From: Eledone cirrhosa
Lineage: Eukaryota
Assembly (NCBI GenBank): GCA_964016885.1
Contig: OZ024740.1
Coordinates: 35,712,001-35,776,000, forward strand
Direction: 5' to 3'
Length of the DNA stretch: 64,000 nt
The notes beneath the pieces are model-generated. The model did not search any database. It saw only the letters and a program-made list of their open reading frames with translations, and was not told the origin of the DNA. Shown in pieces: positions 45,001 through 57,521 of this stretch; position 1 is the first letter of the stretch, and the number at the start of each line of letters is the position of its first letter. Made by a program: the position numbers and the translations under genes.

Positions 45001-48000
45001 CAGGTGACAGTTAGATGTAAGGTGTTGTGGTTTAACAGGTGACAGTTAGATGTGAGGTGTTGTGGTTTAACAGGTGACAGTTAGATGTAAGGTGTTGTGG
45101 TTTAACAGACGACAGTGAGATGTAAGGTGTTGTGGTTTAATAGGCGACAGTGAGATGTAAGGTGTAGTGGTTTAACAGGCGACAGTTAGATGTAATGTGT
45201 TCTGGTTTAACAGGCAACAGTTAGATGTAAGGTGTAGTGGTTTAACAGACGACAGTTAGATGTAAGGTGTAGTGGTTTAACAGGCGACAGTTAGATGTAA
45301 TGTATTCTGCTTTAACAGGCAACAGTTAGATGTAAGGTGTAGTGGTTTAACAGACGACAGTTAGATGTAAGGTGTAGTGGTTTAACAAACGACAGTTAGA
45401 TGTAAGGTGTAGTGGTTTAACAGACGACAGTTAGATGTAAGGTGTAGTGGTTTAACAGACGACAGATAGATGTAAGGTGTAGTGGTTTAACAGAAGACAG
45501 TTAGATGTAAGGTGTAGTGGTTCAACAGGCGACAGTTAGATGTAAGGTGTCCTGGTTTAACAGACGACAGTTAGATGTAAGTTGTAGTGGTTCAACAGAC
45601 GACAGTTAGATGTAAGGTGTTGTGGTTTAACAGGCGACAGTGAGATGTAAGGTGTTGTGGTTTAACAGGCGACAGTGAGATATAAGTTGTAGTGGTTTAA
45701 CAGGTGACAGTTAGATGTAAGGTGTTGTGGTTTAACAGGTGACAGTTAGATGTATGGTGTTGTCGTTAAACAGGCGACAGTTAGATGGAAGGTGTTGTGG
45801 TTTCACAGGTGACAGTTATATGTAAGGTGTTGTGGTTTAACAGGCGACAGTGAGATGTAAGGTGTTGTGGTTTAACAGGCGACAGTGAGATGTAAGGTGT
45901 AGTGGTTTAACAGGTGACAGTTAGATGTATGGTGTTGTCGTTAAACAGGCGACAGTTAGATGGAAGGTGTTGTGGTTTCACAGGTGACAGTTAGATGTAA
46001 GGTGTTGTGGTTTAACAGGTGACAGTTAGATGTAAGGTGTTGTGGTTCAACAGGCGACAGTTAGATGTAAGCTGTTGAGGTTTAACAGGTGACAGTTAGA
46101 TGTAATGTGTCGTGGTTTAACAGGCGACAGTGAGATGTAAGGTGTTGTGGTTTAACAGGCGACAGTGAGATATCAGGTGTAGTGGTTTAACAGGTGACAG
46201 TTAGATGTATGGTGTTGTAGTTAAACAGGCGATAGTTAGATGTAAGGTGTTGTGGTTTAACAGGCGACAGTTAGATGTAAGGTGTTGTGGTTTAACAGGC
46301 GACAGTTAGATGTAATGTGTCGTGGTTTAACAGGCGACAGTGAGATGTAAGGTGTAGTGGTGTAACAGGCGACAGTTAGATGTAATGTGTCGTGGTTTAA
46401 CAGGCGACAGTTAGATGTAAGCTGTAGTGGTTTAACAGGTGACAGTTAGATGCAAGTTGTAGGTGTTTAACAAGCAACAGTTAGATGTAAGGTGTTGTCG
46501 TTTAACAGGTGACAGTTAGATGGAAGATGTTGTGGTTTAACAGGCGACAGTTAGATGTAAGGTGTTGTGGTTTAACAGGTGACAGTTAGATGCAAGTTGT
46601 AGGTGTTTAACAAGCAACAGTTAGATGTAAGGTGTTGTCGTTTAACAGGTGACAGTTAGATGGAAGATTTTGTGGTTTAACAGGCGACAGCTAGATGTAA
46701 GGTGTTCTGGTTTAACAGGCAACAATTAGATGTAAGGTGTTGTGGCTTAACAGGTGACAGTTAGATGTAAGGTATTGTGGTTTAACAGGCGACAGTGAGA
46801 TGTAAGGTGTTGTGGCTTAACAGGCGACAGTGAGATGTAAGGTGTAGTGGTTTAACTGGCGACAGTTAGATGTAACGTGTTCTGGTTTAACAGGCAACAG
46901 TTAGATGTAAGGTAGAGTGGTTTAGCAGACGACAGTTAGATGTAAGGTGTAGTGGTTTAACAGACGACAGTTAGATGTAAGGTGTAGAGGTTTAAGAGAC
47001 GACAGTTAGATGTAAGGTGTAGTGGTTTAACAGAAGACAGTTAGATGTAAGCTGTAGTGGTTTAACAGGCGACAGTGAGATGTAAGGTGTTGTGGTTTAA
47101 CAGGCGACAGTGAGATATAAGGTCTAGTGGTTTAACAGGTGACAGTTAGATGTATGGGGTTGTCGTTAAACAGGCGACAGTTAGATGGAAGGTGTTGTGG
47201 TTTCACAGGTGACAGTTAGATGTAAGGTGTTGTGGTATAACAGGCGACAGTTAGATGTAAGGTGTTGTGGTTCAACAGGCGACAGTTAGATGTATTGTGT
47301 CGTGGTTTAACAGTCGACAGTTAGATGTAATGTGTCGTGGTTTAACAGGCGACAGTTAGATGTAAGGTGTTGTGGTTTAACAGGCGACAGTTAGATGTAA
47401 TGTGTCGTGGTTTAACAGTCGACAGTTACATGTATGGTGTTGTGGTTCAACAGGCGACAGTTAGATGTAAGGTGTTGCGGTTTAACAGGTGAAAGTTAGA
47501 TGTAAGGTGTTGTGGTTTAACAGGCGACAGTGAGATGTAAGGTGTAGTGGGTTAACGGGTGACAGGTAGATGTAAGGTGTTGTCGTTTAACAGGCAACAG
47601 TTAGATGTAAGGTGTAGTGGTTTAACAGGTGACAGTTAGATGCAAGGTGTAGGTGTTTAACAAGCAACAGTTAGATGTAAGGTGTTGTGGTTTAACAGGT
47701 GACAGGTAGATGGAAGATTTTGTGGTTTAACAGGCGACAGTTAGATGTAATGTGTTCTGGTTTAACAGGCAACAATTAGATGTAAGGTGTTGTGGTTTAA
47801 CAGGTGACAGTTAGATGTAAGGTGTTGTGGTTTAACAGGCGACAGTGAAATGTAAGGTGTTGTGGTTTAATAGGCGACAGTGAGGTGTAAGGTGTAGTGG
47901 TTTAACAGGCGACAGTTAGATGTAATGTGTTCTGGTTTAACAGGCAACAGTTAGATGTAAGGTGTAGTGGTTTAACAGACGACAGTTAGATGTAAGGTGT

Positions 48001-51000
48001 AGTGGTTTAACAGACGACAGTTAGATGTAAGGTGTAGTGGTTTAACAGACGACAGTTAGATGTAAGGTGTAGTGGTTTAACAGAAGACAGTTAGATGTAA
48101 GGTGTTGTGGTTTAACAGGCGACAGTGAGATGTAAGGTGTTGTGGTTTAACAGGTGACAGTGAGATGTAAGGTGTTGTGGTTTCACAGGTGATAGTTAGA
48201 TGTAAGGTGTTGTGGTTTAAGAGGCGACAGTTAGATGTAAGGTGTTGTGGTTCAACAGGCGACAGTTAGATGTATGGTGTTGTGGTTTAACAGGTGACAG
48301 TTAGATGTAAGGTGTTGTGGTTTAACAGGCGACAGTGAGATGTAAGGTGTTGTGGTTTAACAGGCGACAGTTGAGATATAAGGTGTAGTGGTTTAACAGG
48401 TGACAGTTAGATGTATGGTGTTGTCGTTAAACAGGCGACAGTTAGATGGAAGGTGTTGTGGTTTCACAGGTGACAGTTAGATGTAAGGTGTTGTGGTTCA
48501 ACAGGTGACAGTTAGATGTAAGGTGTTGTGGTTCAACAGGCGACAGTTAGATGTAAGCTGTTGAGGTTTAACAGGTGACAGTTAGATGTAAGGTGTTGTG
48601 GTTTAACAGGCGACAGTGAGATGTAAGGTGTTGTGGTTTAACAGGCGACAGTTAGATGCAAGTTGTAGGTGTTTAACAAGCAACAGTTAGATGTAAGGTG
48701 TTGTGGTTTAACAGATGACAGTTAGATGGAAGATTTTGTGGTTTAACAGGCGACAGTTAGATGTAATGTGTTCTGGTTTAACAGGCAACAATTAGATGTA
48801 AGGTGTTGTGGTTTAAGAAGTGACAGTTAGATGTAAGGCGTTGTGGTTTAACAGGCGACAGTGAGATGTAAGGTGTTGTGGTTTAACAGGCGACAGTGAG
48901 ATGTAAGGTGTAGTGGTTTAACAGGCAACAGTTAGATGTAATGTGTCATGGTTTAACAGGCGACAGTTAGATGTATGGTGTTGTGGTTCAACAGGCGACA
49001 GTTAGATGTAAGGTGTTGAGGTTTAACAGGTGACAGTTAGATGTAAGGTGTTGTGGTTTAACAGGCGACAGTGAGATGTAAGGTGTAGTGGTTTAGCAGA
49101 CGACAGTTAGATGTAAGGTGTAGTGGTTTAACAGACGACAGTTAGATTTAAGGTGTAGTGGTTTAACAGACGACAGTTAGATGTAAGGTGTAGTGGTTTA
49201 ACAGACGACAGTTAGATGTAAGGTGTAGTGGTTTAACAGAAGACAGTTAGATTTAAGGTGTAGTGTTTCAACAGGCGAAAGTTAGATGTAAGGTGTCCTG
49301 GTTTAACAGACGACAGTTAGATGTAAGTTGTAGTGGTTTAACAGATGACAGTTAGATGTAAGCTGTAGTGGTTCAACAGGCGAAAGTTAGATGTAAGGTG
49401 TCCTGGTTTAACAGACGACAGTTAGATTTAAGGTGTAGTGGTTTAACAGACGACAGTTAGATGTAAGGTGTAGTGGTTTAACAGACGACAGTTAGATGTA
49501 AGGTGTAGTGGTTTAACAGAAGACAGTTAGATTTAAGGTGTAGTGTTTCAACAGGCGAAAGTTAGATGTAAGGTGTCCTGGTTTAACAGACGACAGTTAG
49601 ATGTAAGTTGTAGTGGTTTAACAGATGACAGTTAGATGTAAGCTGTAGTGGTTCAACAGGCGAAAGTTTGATGTAAGGGGTCCTGGTTTAACAGACGACA
49701 GTTAGATGTAAGTTGTAGTGGTTTAACAGACGACAGTTAGATGTAAGCTGTAGTGGTTCAACAGACGACAGTTAAATGTAAGGTGTTGTGGTATAACAGG
49801 TGAAAGTTAGATGTAAGGTGTAGTGGTTTAACAGACGGCAGTTAGATGTAAGGTGTAGTGGTTTAATAGGCGACAGTTAGATGTAAAGTGTTCTGGTTTA
49901 ACAGGCAACAATTAAATGTAAGGTGTTGTGGTTTAACAGACGACAGTGAGATGTAAGGTGCTGTGGTTTAACAGGTGACAGTTAGATGTAAGATGTTGTG
50001 GTTTAACAGACGACAGTGAGATGTAAGGTATTGTGGTTTAACAGGCGACAGTGAGATGTAAGGTGTTGTGGTTTAACAGACGACAGTTAGATGTAGGTTG
50101 TAGTGGTTTAGCAGACGACAGTTAGATGTAAGGTGTAGTGGTTTAACAGACGACAGTTAGATGTAAGGTGTAGTGGTTTAACAGACGACAGTTAGATGTA
50201 AGGTGTAGTGCTTTAACAGACGACAGTTAGATGTAAGGTGTAGTGGTTTAACAGAAGACAGTTAGATTTAAGGTGTAGTGGTTCAACAGGCGAAAGTTAG
50301 ATGTAAGGTGTCCTGGTTTAACAGACGACAGTTAGATGTAAGTTGTAGTGGTTTAACAGACGACAGTTAGATGTAAGCTGTAGTGGTTCAACAGACGACA
50401 GTTAAACGTAAGGTGTTGTGGTTTAACAGGTGAAAGTTAGATGTAAGGTGTAGTGGTTTAACAGACGGCAGTTAGATGTAAGGTGTAGTGGTTTAATAGG
50501 CGACAGTTAGATGTAAGGTGTAGTGGTTTAACAGACGAGAGTTAAATGTAAGGTGTTGTGGTTTAACAGGCGACAGTTAGATGTAAGGTGTTGTGGTTTA
50601 ACAGACGTCAGTTAGATGTAAGGTGTTGTGGTTCAACGGACGAGAGTTAAATGTAAGGTGTTGTGGTTTAACCTGACGACAATTAGATGTAATGAGTCGT
50701 TTAACAGTCGTTAGTTAGATGTAAGGTGTAGTGGTTTAACAGGTGACAGTTAGATGTAAGGTGTTGTCGTTTAACAGGCGACAGTTAGATGGAAGGTGTT
50801 GTGGTTCAACAAGCGACAGTTAGATGTATGGTGTTGTGGTTTAACAGGCGACAGTGACATGTAAGATGTTGTGGTTTAACAGGCGACAGTGAGATGTAAG
50901 GTGTTGTGGTTTAACAGATGACAGTTAGATGGAAGATTTTGTGGTTTAACAGGCGACAGTTAGATGTAATGTGTTCTGGTTTAACAGGCAACAATTAGAT

Positions 51001-54000
51001 GTAAGGTGTTGTGGTTTAAGAGGTGACAGTTAGATGTAAGGTGTTGTGGTTTAACAGGCGACAGTGAGATGTAAGGTGTTGTGGTTCAACAGGCGACAGT
51101 GAGATGTAAGGTGTAGTGGTTTAACAGGCAACAGTTAGATGTAATGTGTCATGGTTTAACAGGCGACAGTTAGATGTATGGTGTTGTGGTTCAACAGGCG
51201 ACAGTTAGATGTAAGGTGTTGAGGTTTAACAGGTGACAGTTATTTGTAAGGTGTTGTGGTTTAACAGGCGACAGTGAGATGTAAGGTGTAGTGGTTTAGC
51301 AGACGACAGTTAGATGTAAGGTGTAGTGGTTTAACAGACGACAATTAGATGTAAGGTGTAGTGGTTTAACAGACGACAGTTAGATGTAAGGTGTAGTGGT
51401 TTAACAGGCGACAGTGAGATGTAAGGTGTTGTGGCTTAACAGGCGACAGTGAGATGTAAGGTGTAGTGGTTTAACAGGCGACAGTTAGATGTAACGTGTT
51501 CTGGTTTAACAGGCAACAGTTAGATGTAAGGTGTTGTGGTTCAACAGGCGACAGTGAGATGTAAGGTGTTGTGGTTTAACAGGTGACAGTTAGATGTAAG
51601 GTGTAGTGGTGTAACAGACGACAGTTAGATGTAAGGTGTAGTGGTTTAGCAGACGACAGTTAGATGTAAGGTGTAGTGGTTTAACAGACGACAGTTAGAT
51701 GTAAGGTGTTGTGGTATAACAGGTGAAAGTTAGATGTAAGGTGTAGTGGTTTAACAGACGGCAGTTAGATGTAAGGTGTAGTGGTTTAATAGGCGACAGT
51801 TAGATGTAAAGTGTTCTGGTTTAACAGGCAACAATTAAATGTAAGGTGTTGTGGTTTAACAGACGACAGTGAGATGTAAGGTGCTGTGGTTTAACAGGTG
51901 ACAGTTAGATGTAAGATGTTGTGGTTTAACAGACGACAGTGAGATGTAAGGTATTGTGGTTTAACAGGCGACAGTGAGATGTAAGGTGTTGTGGTTTAAC
52001 AGACGACAGTTAGATGTAGGTTGTAGTGGTTTAGCAGACGACAGTTAGATGTAAGGTGTAGTGGTTTAACAGACGACAGTTAGATGTAAGGTGTAGTGGT
52101 TTAACAGACGACAGTTAGATGTAAGGTGTAGTGCTTTAACAGACGACAGTTAGATGTAAGGTGTAGTGGTTTAACAGAAGACAGTTAGATTTAAGGTGTA
52201 GTGGTTCAACAGGCGAAAGTTAGATGTAAGGTGTCCTGGTTTAACAGACGACAGTTAGATGTAAGTTGTAGTGGTTTAACAGACGACAGTTAGATGTAAG
52301 CTGTAGTGGTTCAACAGACGACAGTTAAACGTAAGGTGTTGTGGTTTAACAGGTGAAAGTTAGATGTAAGGTGTAGTGGTTTAACAGACGGCAGTTAGAT
52401 GTAAGGTGTAGTGGTTTAATAGGCGACAGTTAGATGTAAGGTGTAGTGGTTTAACAGACGAGAGTTAAATGTAAGGTGTTGTGGTTTAACAGGCGACAGT
52501 TAGATGTAAGGTGTTGTGGTTTAACAGACGTCAGTTAGATGTAAGGTGTTGTGGTTCAACGGACGAGAGTTAAATGTAAGGTGTTGTGGTTTAACCTGAC
52601 GACAATTAGATGTAATGAGTCGTTTAACAGTCGTTAGTTAGATGTAAGGTGTAGTGGTTTAACAGGTGACAGTTAGATGTAAGGTGTTGTCGTTTAACAG
52701 GCGACAGTTAGATGGAAGGTGTTGTGGTTCAACAAGCGACAGTTAGATGTATGGTGTTGTGGTTTAACAGGCGACAGTGACATGTAAGATGTTGTGGTTT
52801 AACAGGCGACAGTGAGATGTAAGGTGTTGTGGTTTAACAGATGACAGTTAGATGGAAGATTTTGTGGTTTAACAGGCGACAGTTAGATGTAATGTGTTCT
52901 GGTTTAACAGGCAACAATTAGATGTAAGGTGTTGTGGTTTAAGAGGTGACAGTTAGATGTAAGGTGTTGTGGTTTAACAGGCGACAGTGAGATGTAAGGT
53001 GTTGTGGTTCAACAGGCGACAGTGAGATGTAAGGTGTAGTGGTTTAACAGGCAACAGTTAGATGTAATGTGTCATGGTTTAACAGGCGACAGTTAGATGT
53101 ATGGTGTTGTGGTTCAACAGGCGACAGTTAGATGTAAGGTGTTGAGGTTTAACAGGTGACAGTTATTTGTAAGGTGTTGTGGTTTAACAGGCGACAGTGA
53201 GATGTAAGGTGTAGTGGTTTAGCAGACGACAGTTAGATGTAAGGTGTAGTGGTTTAACAGACGACAATTAGATGTAAGGTGTAGTGGTTTAACAGACGAC
53301 AGTTAGATGTAAGGTGTAGTGGTTTAACAGGCGACAGTGAGATGTAAGGTGTTGTGGCTTAACAGGCGACAGTGAGATGTAAGGTGTAGTGGTTTAACAG
53401 GCGACAGTTAGATGTAACGTGTTCTGGTTTAACAGGCAACAGTTAGATGTAAGGTGTTGTGGTTCAACAGGCGACAGTGAGATGTAAGGTGTTGTGGTTT
53501 AACAGGTGACAGTTAGATGTAAGGTGTAGTGGTGTAACAGACGACAGTTAGATGTAAGGTGTAGTGGTTTAGCAGACGACAGTTAGATGTAAGGTGTAGT
53601 GGTTTAACAGACGACAGTTAGATGTAAGGTGTAGTGATTTAACAGAAGACAGTTAGATTTAAGGTGTAGTGTTTCAACAGGCGAAAGTTAGATGTAAGCT
53701 GTCTTGGTTTAACAGGCGACAGAGAGATGTAAGGTGCTGTAGTTTAACAGGCGACAGTGAGATATAAGGTGTAGTGGTTTAACAGGTGACAGTTAGATGT
53801 ATGGGGTTGTCGTTAAACAGGCGACAGTTAGATGGAAGGTGTTGTGGTTTCACAGGTGACAGTTAGATGTAAGGTGTTGTGGTATAACAGGCGACAGTTA
53901 GATGTAAGGTGTTGTGGTTCAACAGGCGACAGTTAGATGTAAGCTGTTGAGGTTTAACAGGTGACAGTTAGATGTAAGGTGTTGCGGTTTAACAGGCGAC

Positions 54001-55613
54001 AGTTAGATGTAAGGTGTTGTGGTTTAACAGGCGACAGTTAGATGTAATGTGTCGTGGTTTAACAGTCGACAGTGACATGTATGGTGTTGTGGTTCAACAG
54101 GCGACAGTTAGATATAAGGTGTTGCGGTTTAACAGGTGACAGTTAGATGTAAGGTGTTGTGGTTTAACAGGCGACAGTGAGATGTAAGGTGTAGTGGGTT
54201 AACGGGTGACAGTTAGATGTAAGGTGTTGTCGTTTAACAGGCAACAGATAGATGTAAGGTGTAGTGGTTTAACAGGTGACAGTTAGATGCAAGGTGTAGG
54301 TGTTTAACAAGCAACAGTTAGATGTAAGGTGTTGTGGTTTAACAGGTGACAGGTAGATGGAAGATTTTGTGGTTTAACAGGCGACAGTTAGATATAATGT
54401 GTTCTGGTTTAACAGGCAACAATTAGATGTAAGGTGTAGTGGTTTAACAGGTGACAGTTAGATGTAAGGTGTTGTGGTTTAACAGGTGACAGTTAGATGT
54501 AAGGTGTTGTGGTTTAACAGGCGACAGTGAAATGTAAGGTGTTGTGGTTTAATAGGCGACAGTGAGGTGTAAGGTGTAGTGGTTTAACAGGCGACAGTTA
54601 GATGTAATGTGTTCTGGTTTAACAGGCAACAGTTAGATGTAAGGTGTAGTGGTTTAACAGACGACAGTTAGATGTAAGGTGTAGTGGTTTAACAGACGAC
54701 AGTTAGATGTAAGGTGTAGTGGTTTAACAGACGACAGTTAGATGTAAGGTGTAGTGGTTTAACAGAAGACAGTTAGATGTAAGGTGTTGTGGTTTCACAG
54801 GTGATAGTTAGATGTAAGGTGTTGTGGTTTAAGAGGCGACAGTTAGATGTAAGATGTTGTGGTTCAACAGGCGACAGTTAGATGTATGGTGTTGTGGTTT
54901 AACAGGTGACAGTTAGATGTAAGGTGTTGTGGTTTAACAGGCGACAGTGAGATGTAAGGTGTTGTGGTTTAACAGGTGACAGTTAGATGTAACGTGTTTT
55001 GGTTTAACAGCCGACAGTTAGATGTAAGGTGTTGTGGTTTAACAGGCGACAGTGAGATGTAAGGTGTAGTGGTTTAACAGGTGACAGTTAGATGTAACGT
55101 GTTTTGGTTTAACAGCCGACAGTTAGATGTAAGGTGTTGTGGTTCAACAGGCGACAGTTAGATGTAATGTGTTGTGGTTTAACAGGTGACAGTTAGATGC
55201 AACGTGTTTTGGTTTAACAGCCGACAGTTAGATGTAAGGTGTTGTGGTTTAACAGGTGACAGTTAGATGTAACGTGTTGTGGTTTAACAGGTGACAGTTA
55301 GATTAAGGTTTTGTGGTTTAACAGACAGCAGTTAGATGTAAGGTGTTGTGGCTTAAGAGGCGACAGTTAAATGTAAGGTGTTCTGGCTTAACAGGCGACA
55401 GTTAGATGTTAGGTGTTGTGTTTCAACAGACGACAGTTAGATGTAAGGTGTTGTGGTTTAACAGGTGACACTCAGATGTAAGATGTTGTGGTTTTATAGG
55501 CGACAGTTAGATGTAAGGTGCTGTGGTTTAACAGGTGACACTGAGATGTAAGGTGTTGTGGTTTAACAGGCGACAGTTAAATGTAAGGTGTTGTCGTTCA
55601 ACAGGTGACACTG
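1..55613. repeat. 35-bp tandem satellite array, ~1,590 monomers, running off the left edge of the window
   Basis: GACAG recurs at 1, 36 and onward with period 35. Consensus GACAGTTAGATGTAAGGTG(T/A)TGTGGTTTAACAG(G/A)(C/T)-like; all monomers head-to-tail, + strand G/T-rich. There are recurrent 34-bp (..TTTACAGTTGAC..) and 32-bp (..GTAATGAGTCGTTTAACAGTC..) length variants. The array ends at ...ACAGGTGACACTG (55613), followed by unique sequence. Confidence 0.99.
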
Positions 55614-55901
55614 GCCATCCAAAATCACCGGGAGAGATGACCCCTTAGCCTTTGTTAAGGCAGGATTCTAAGAGAAGGAAAACTCTGATATAACTCCTGC
55701 AACTCTGATGGTATCCAATGATGTTGACCTGTTCTTCTTTTTGGTAAATATCATCTTGGTTAAGAGAGTGAGACTGGCATTGTGCAGTGTCTTTGCTCAC
55801 TATAAAAGCTTCACGGTACAGGCATTGCTTTATACCTGGAGATCTCTCTGCACTTGTCGTCACATGGTGCCATGGGCCCAGCACTATGTGTCAATAATTG
55901 T

Positions 55902-56049
55902 CATAAGTGTAGTGTTTGTACCAGAGTTTTCAAGTCGCTGGCTGGACTAAAAAGTCACACTCGTTAAGCGCATCGGTAGGGGTTCTCCTACATGGATATA
56001 AAGTAGTGGCCATACTTGAAAACGAGTTGGCAGCCACCATGTATGTATA
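55902..56049 (+). mobile_element. 3' remnant of an RTE-clade LINE (last C2H2 zinc finger, stop, 3' UTR, short ATGT tail)
   Basis: 55902-55979 translates HKCSVCTRVFKSLAGLKSHTR*AHR*, homologous to the terminal finger of the adjacent element (CRLCARHFRSLAGLKSHIRS). It is followed by TGGCCATACTTGAAAACGAGTTGGCAGCCACCATGTATGTAT, a terminus also seen at 60109-60152. Confidence 0.65.
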
Positions 56050-57004
56050 ACCTTGACAGTGAAATCTCATTTAGGATTAGGAAAGCAAGTGATGCTTTCG
56101 GAAAGCTAGAAAGGCGACTCTGGTGTCGGCGAGACATATGCAGGAGGACAAAGATAAAGGTGTACAGGGCATGTGTGCTCCCTTGTCTTCTTTATGCCTG
56201 CGAGACCTGGGTCACATATCGACACCACCTTAAGCAATTGGAGCGTTTCCATCAGATGTGTCTCAGACGGATCCATGGCGTTCACTGGAGGGACCACATC
56301 AGTGATGTCGAGATTTTGGAAAGCTCTATGTGTGACAGTATAGAAGCTCTTGTGCTTAAGCAACGACTCCGTTGGAGTGGTCACCTTGCCAGGATGAAGG
56401 ATTCTAGAATACCAAAACAACTCTTTTATGGAGAGTTGGTTAAAGGAAAACGACCGCCACATAAACCAAAAAAGAAGTATAAGGATTCCTTGAAAGCCTC
56501 TCTGAAAGACGCTAACATCTCTGCTGATACATGGGAGAATATTGCTGCTGATCGTAATAAATGGAGAAAGACTGTATATGAGGGAAAAGTTGCCTTTGAG
56601 GCATCTCGAATCGCATACGAGAAAGTAAAGTGGGATGTGAGGAAGGGCATTGCTGTTGCACTTCGAGACGGCGAGGGTCCTCCTATGGTGCTGACATGCA
56701 GCGTATGTGCGAGACTCTGCCTAAGCAAAGCTGGACTCGAAAGTCATCTTCGCAGTGATAAAGTAAGACCAGTGGTTGACTACCAGGCTACTGTTGGAGA
56801 TGATACTCATCATGCTTGCCAAACATGCGGTAGAGAATGTAAATCAGCAGGAGGGCTCAAGCGACATGCAAAAGTACACGAACTCCAACCACAGCCGACT
56901 ATTCCCAGTAAATGAAATGTTTTGGTTGCCGACTCTGTGCAAGACATTTTAGATCATTGGCTGGGCTAAAAAGCCACATTCGATCGCAGCGCTGTTAGTT
57001 GCTA

Positions 57005-57006
<2 letters not shown>
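56049..57006 (+). mobile_element. 5'-truncated RTE-clade non-LTR retrotransposon (post-RT C-terminal region plus C2H2 zinc fingers)
   Basis: ORF 56016..56915 has the typical RTE C-terminal motifs: LDSEISFRIRKASDAFGKL, TKIKVYRACVLPCLLYACETW, LERFHQMCLRRI, RLRWSGHLARMKDSRIPKQLFYGEL, YKDSLKASLK, WENIAADRNKWR. Two fingers follow (CSVC..HLRSD, CQTC..HAKVH). After a frameshift near 56913 a third finger (GCRLCARHFRSLAGLKSHIRSQRC) ends at TAG 56996-56998. The RT catalytic core and APE endonuclease are absent. Confidence 0.9.
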
Positions 57007-57058
<52 letters not shown>

Positions 57059-57133
57059 GCTTATGTGTGTGCGTGTGTGTGTATATATATATGTATATGT
57101 ATATTATTATTGTTGTTGTCGTCATTATTATTG

Positions 57134-57165
<32 letters not shown>

Positions 57166-57249
57166 GTTATTAATATATGTGTGTGTGTATATGTGTATGT
57201 GAGTGTGTGTGTGTGTGTGTATATGTATATATATATATATATATATATA
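57007..57249. repeat. Compound microsatellite: (GT)23, (TTA/TTG)n, mixed (GT)/(AT)n
   Basis: Pure (GT)n at 57007-57052, TTA-type repeat at ~57103-57170, and (TA)n ending at ~57249. Confidence 0.97.
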
Positions 57250-57399
57250 CAGTATTTTCCGTTGTGTTGTAATATAAATATTACACACAGTAGATTGACA
57301 GCTCACGTAGAGTTTGCTCGACGGTTCCAGTTGTAGTTCCAAAAGTAATCCGGAGAAAAATAGAAGGATTTGAATGGATACAGTTTAGTTGAAAGGAAT

Positions 57400-57521
57400 T
57401 TATTGACACGTGTTTCTATAACAGTTACATAACCTGAAAACAGCTGCTATCTACAAAGTAATTAGTTATGCAGACATTCAATATTTCAATGTTATTATTT
57501 ACTGTCATTTCATCAGAATAA
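57400..57521 (-). ncRNA. Type I hammerhead ribozyme motif with long stem II (PLE 3' repeat)
   Basis: Minus strand reads TTATT-CTGATGA-A-ATGACAGT-[75 nt]-ACTGTTAT-A-GAAAC-ACGT-GTC-AATAA. Both core boxes are in order, stem I is TTATT/AATAA, stem II is ATGACAGT/ACTGTTAT, stem III is the palindrome ACACGTGT, and the cleavage triplet is GUC. Confidence 0.72.

Noticed and set aside
1-55613. CRISPR array (35-bp repeat length is CRISPR-like)
   Set aside because: Monomers are directly adjacent with no unique spacers, there are no cas genes, and the context is eukaryotic.
1-55613. Telomeric repeat, or tRNA/Pol III-derived satellite (GGTGTAGTGG like an A-box, GGTTCAA like a B-box)
   Set aside because: There are no TTAGGG runs. 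The box-like words are alternative variants of the same monomer position, the B-box lacks its final C, and no cloverleaf is evident.
55645-55950. ORFs 55645..55884 (-) and 55708..55950 (+) as genes or as an upstream ABCB exon
   Set aside because: No recognisable motifs or ABCB-like sequence; the right part overlaps the RTE zinc-finger remnant in another frame.
57268-57285. Small palindrome TGTAATAT-AA-ATATTACA
   Set aside because: An 8-bp AT-rich stem is expected by chance in this base composition.
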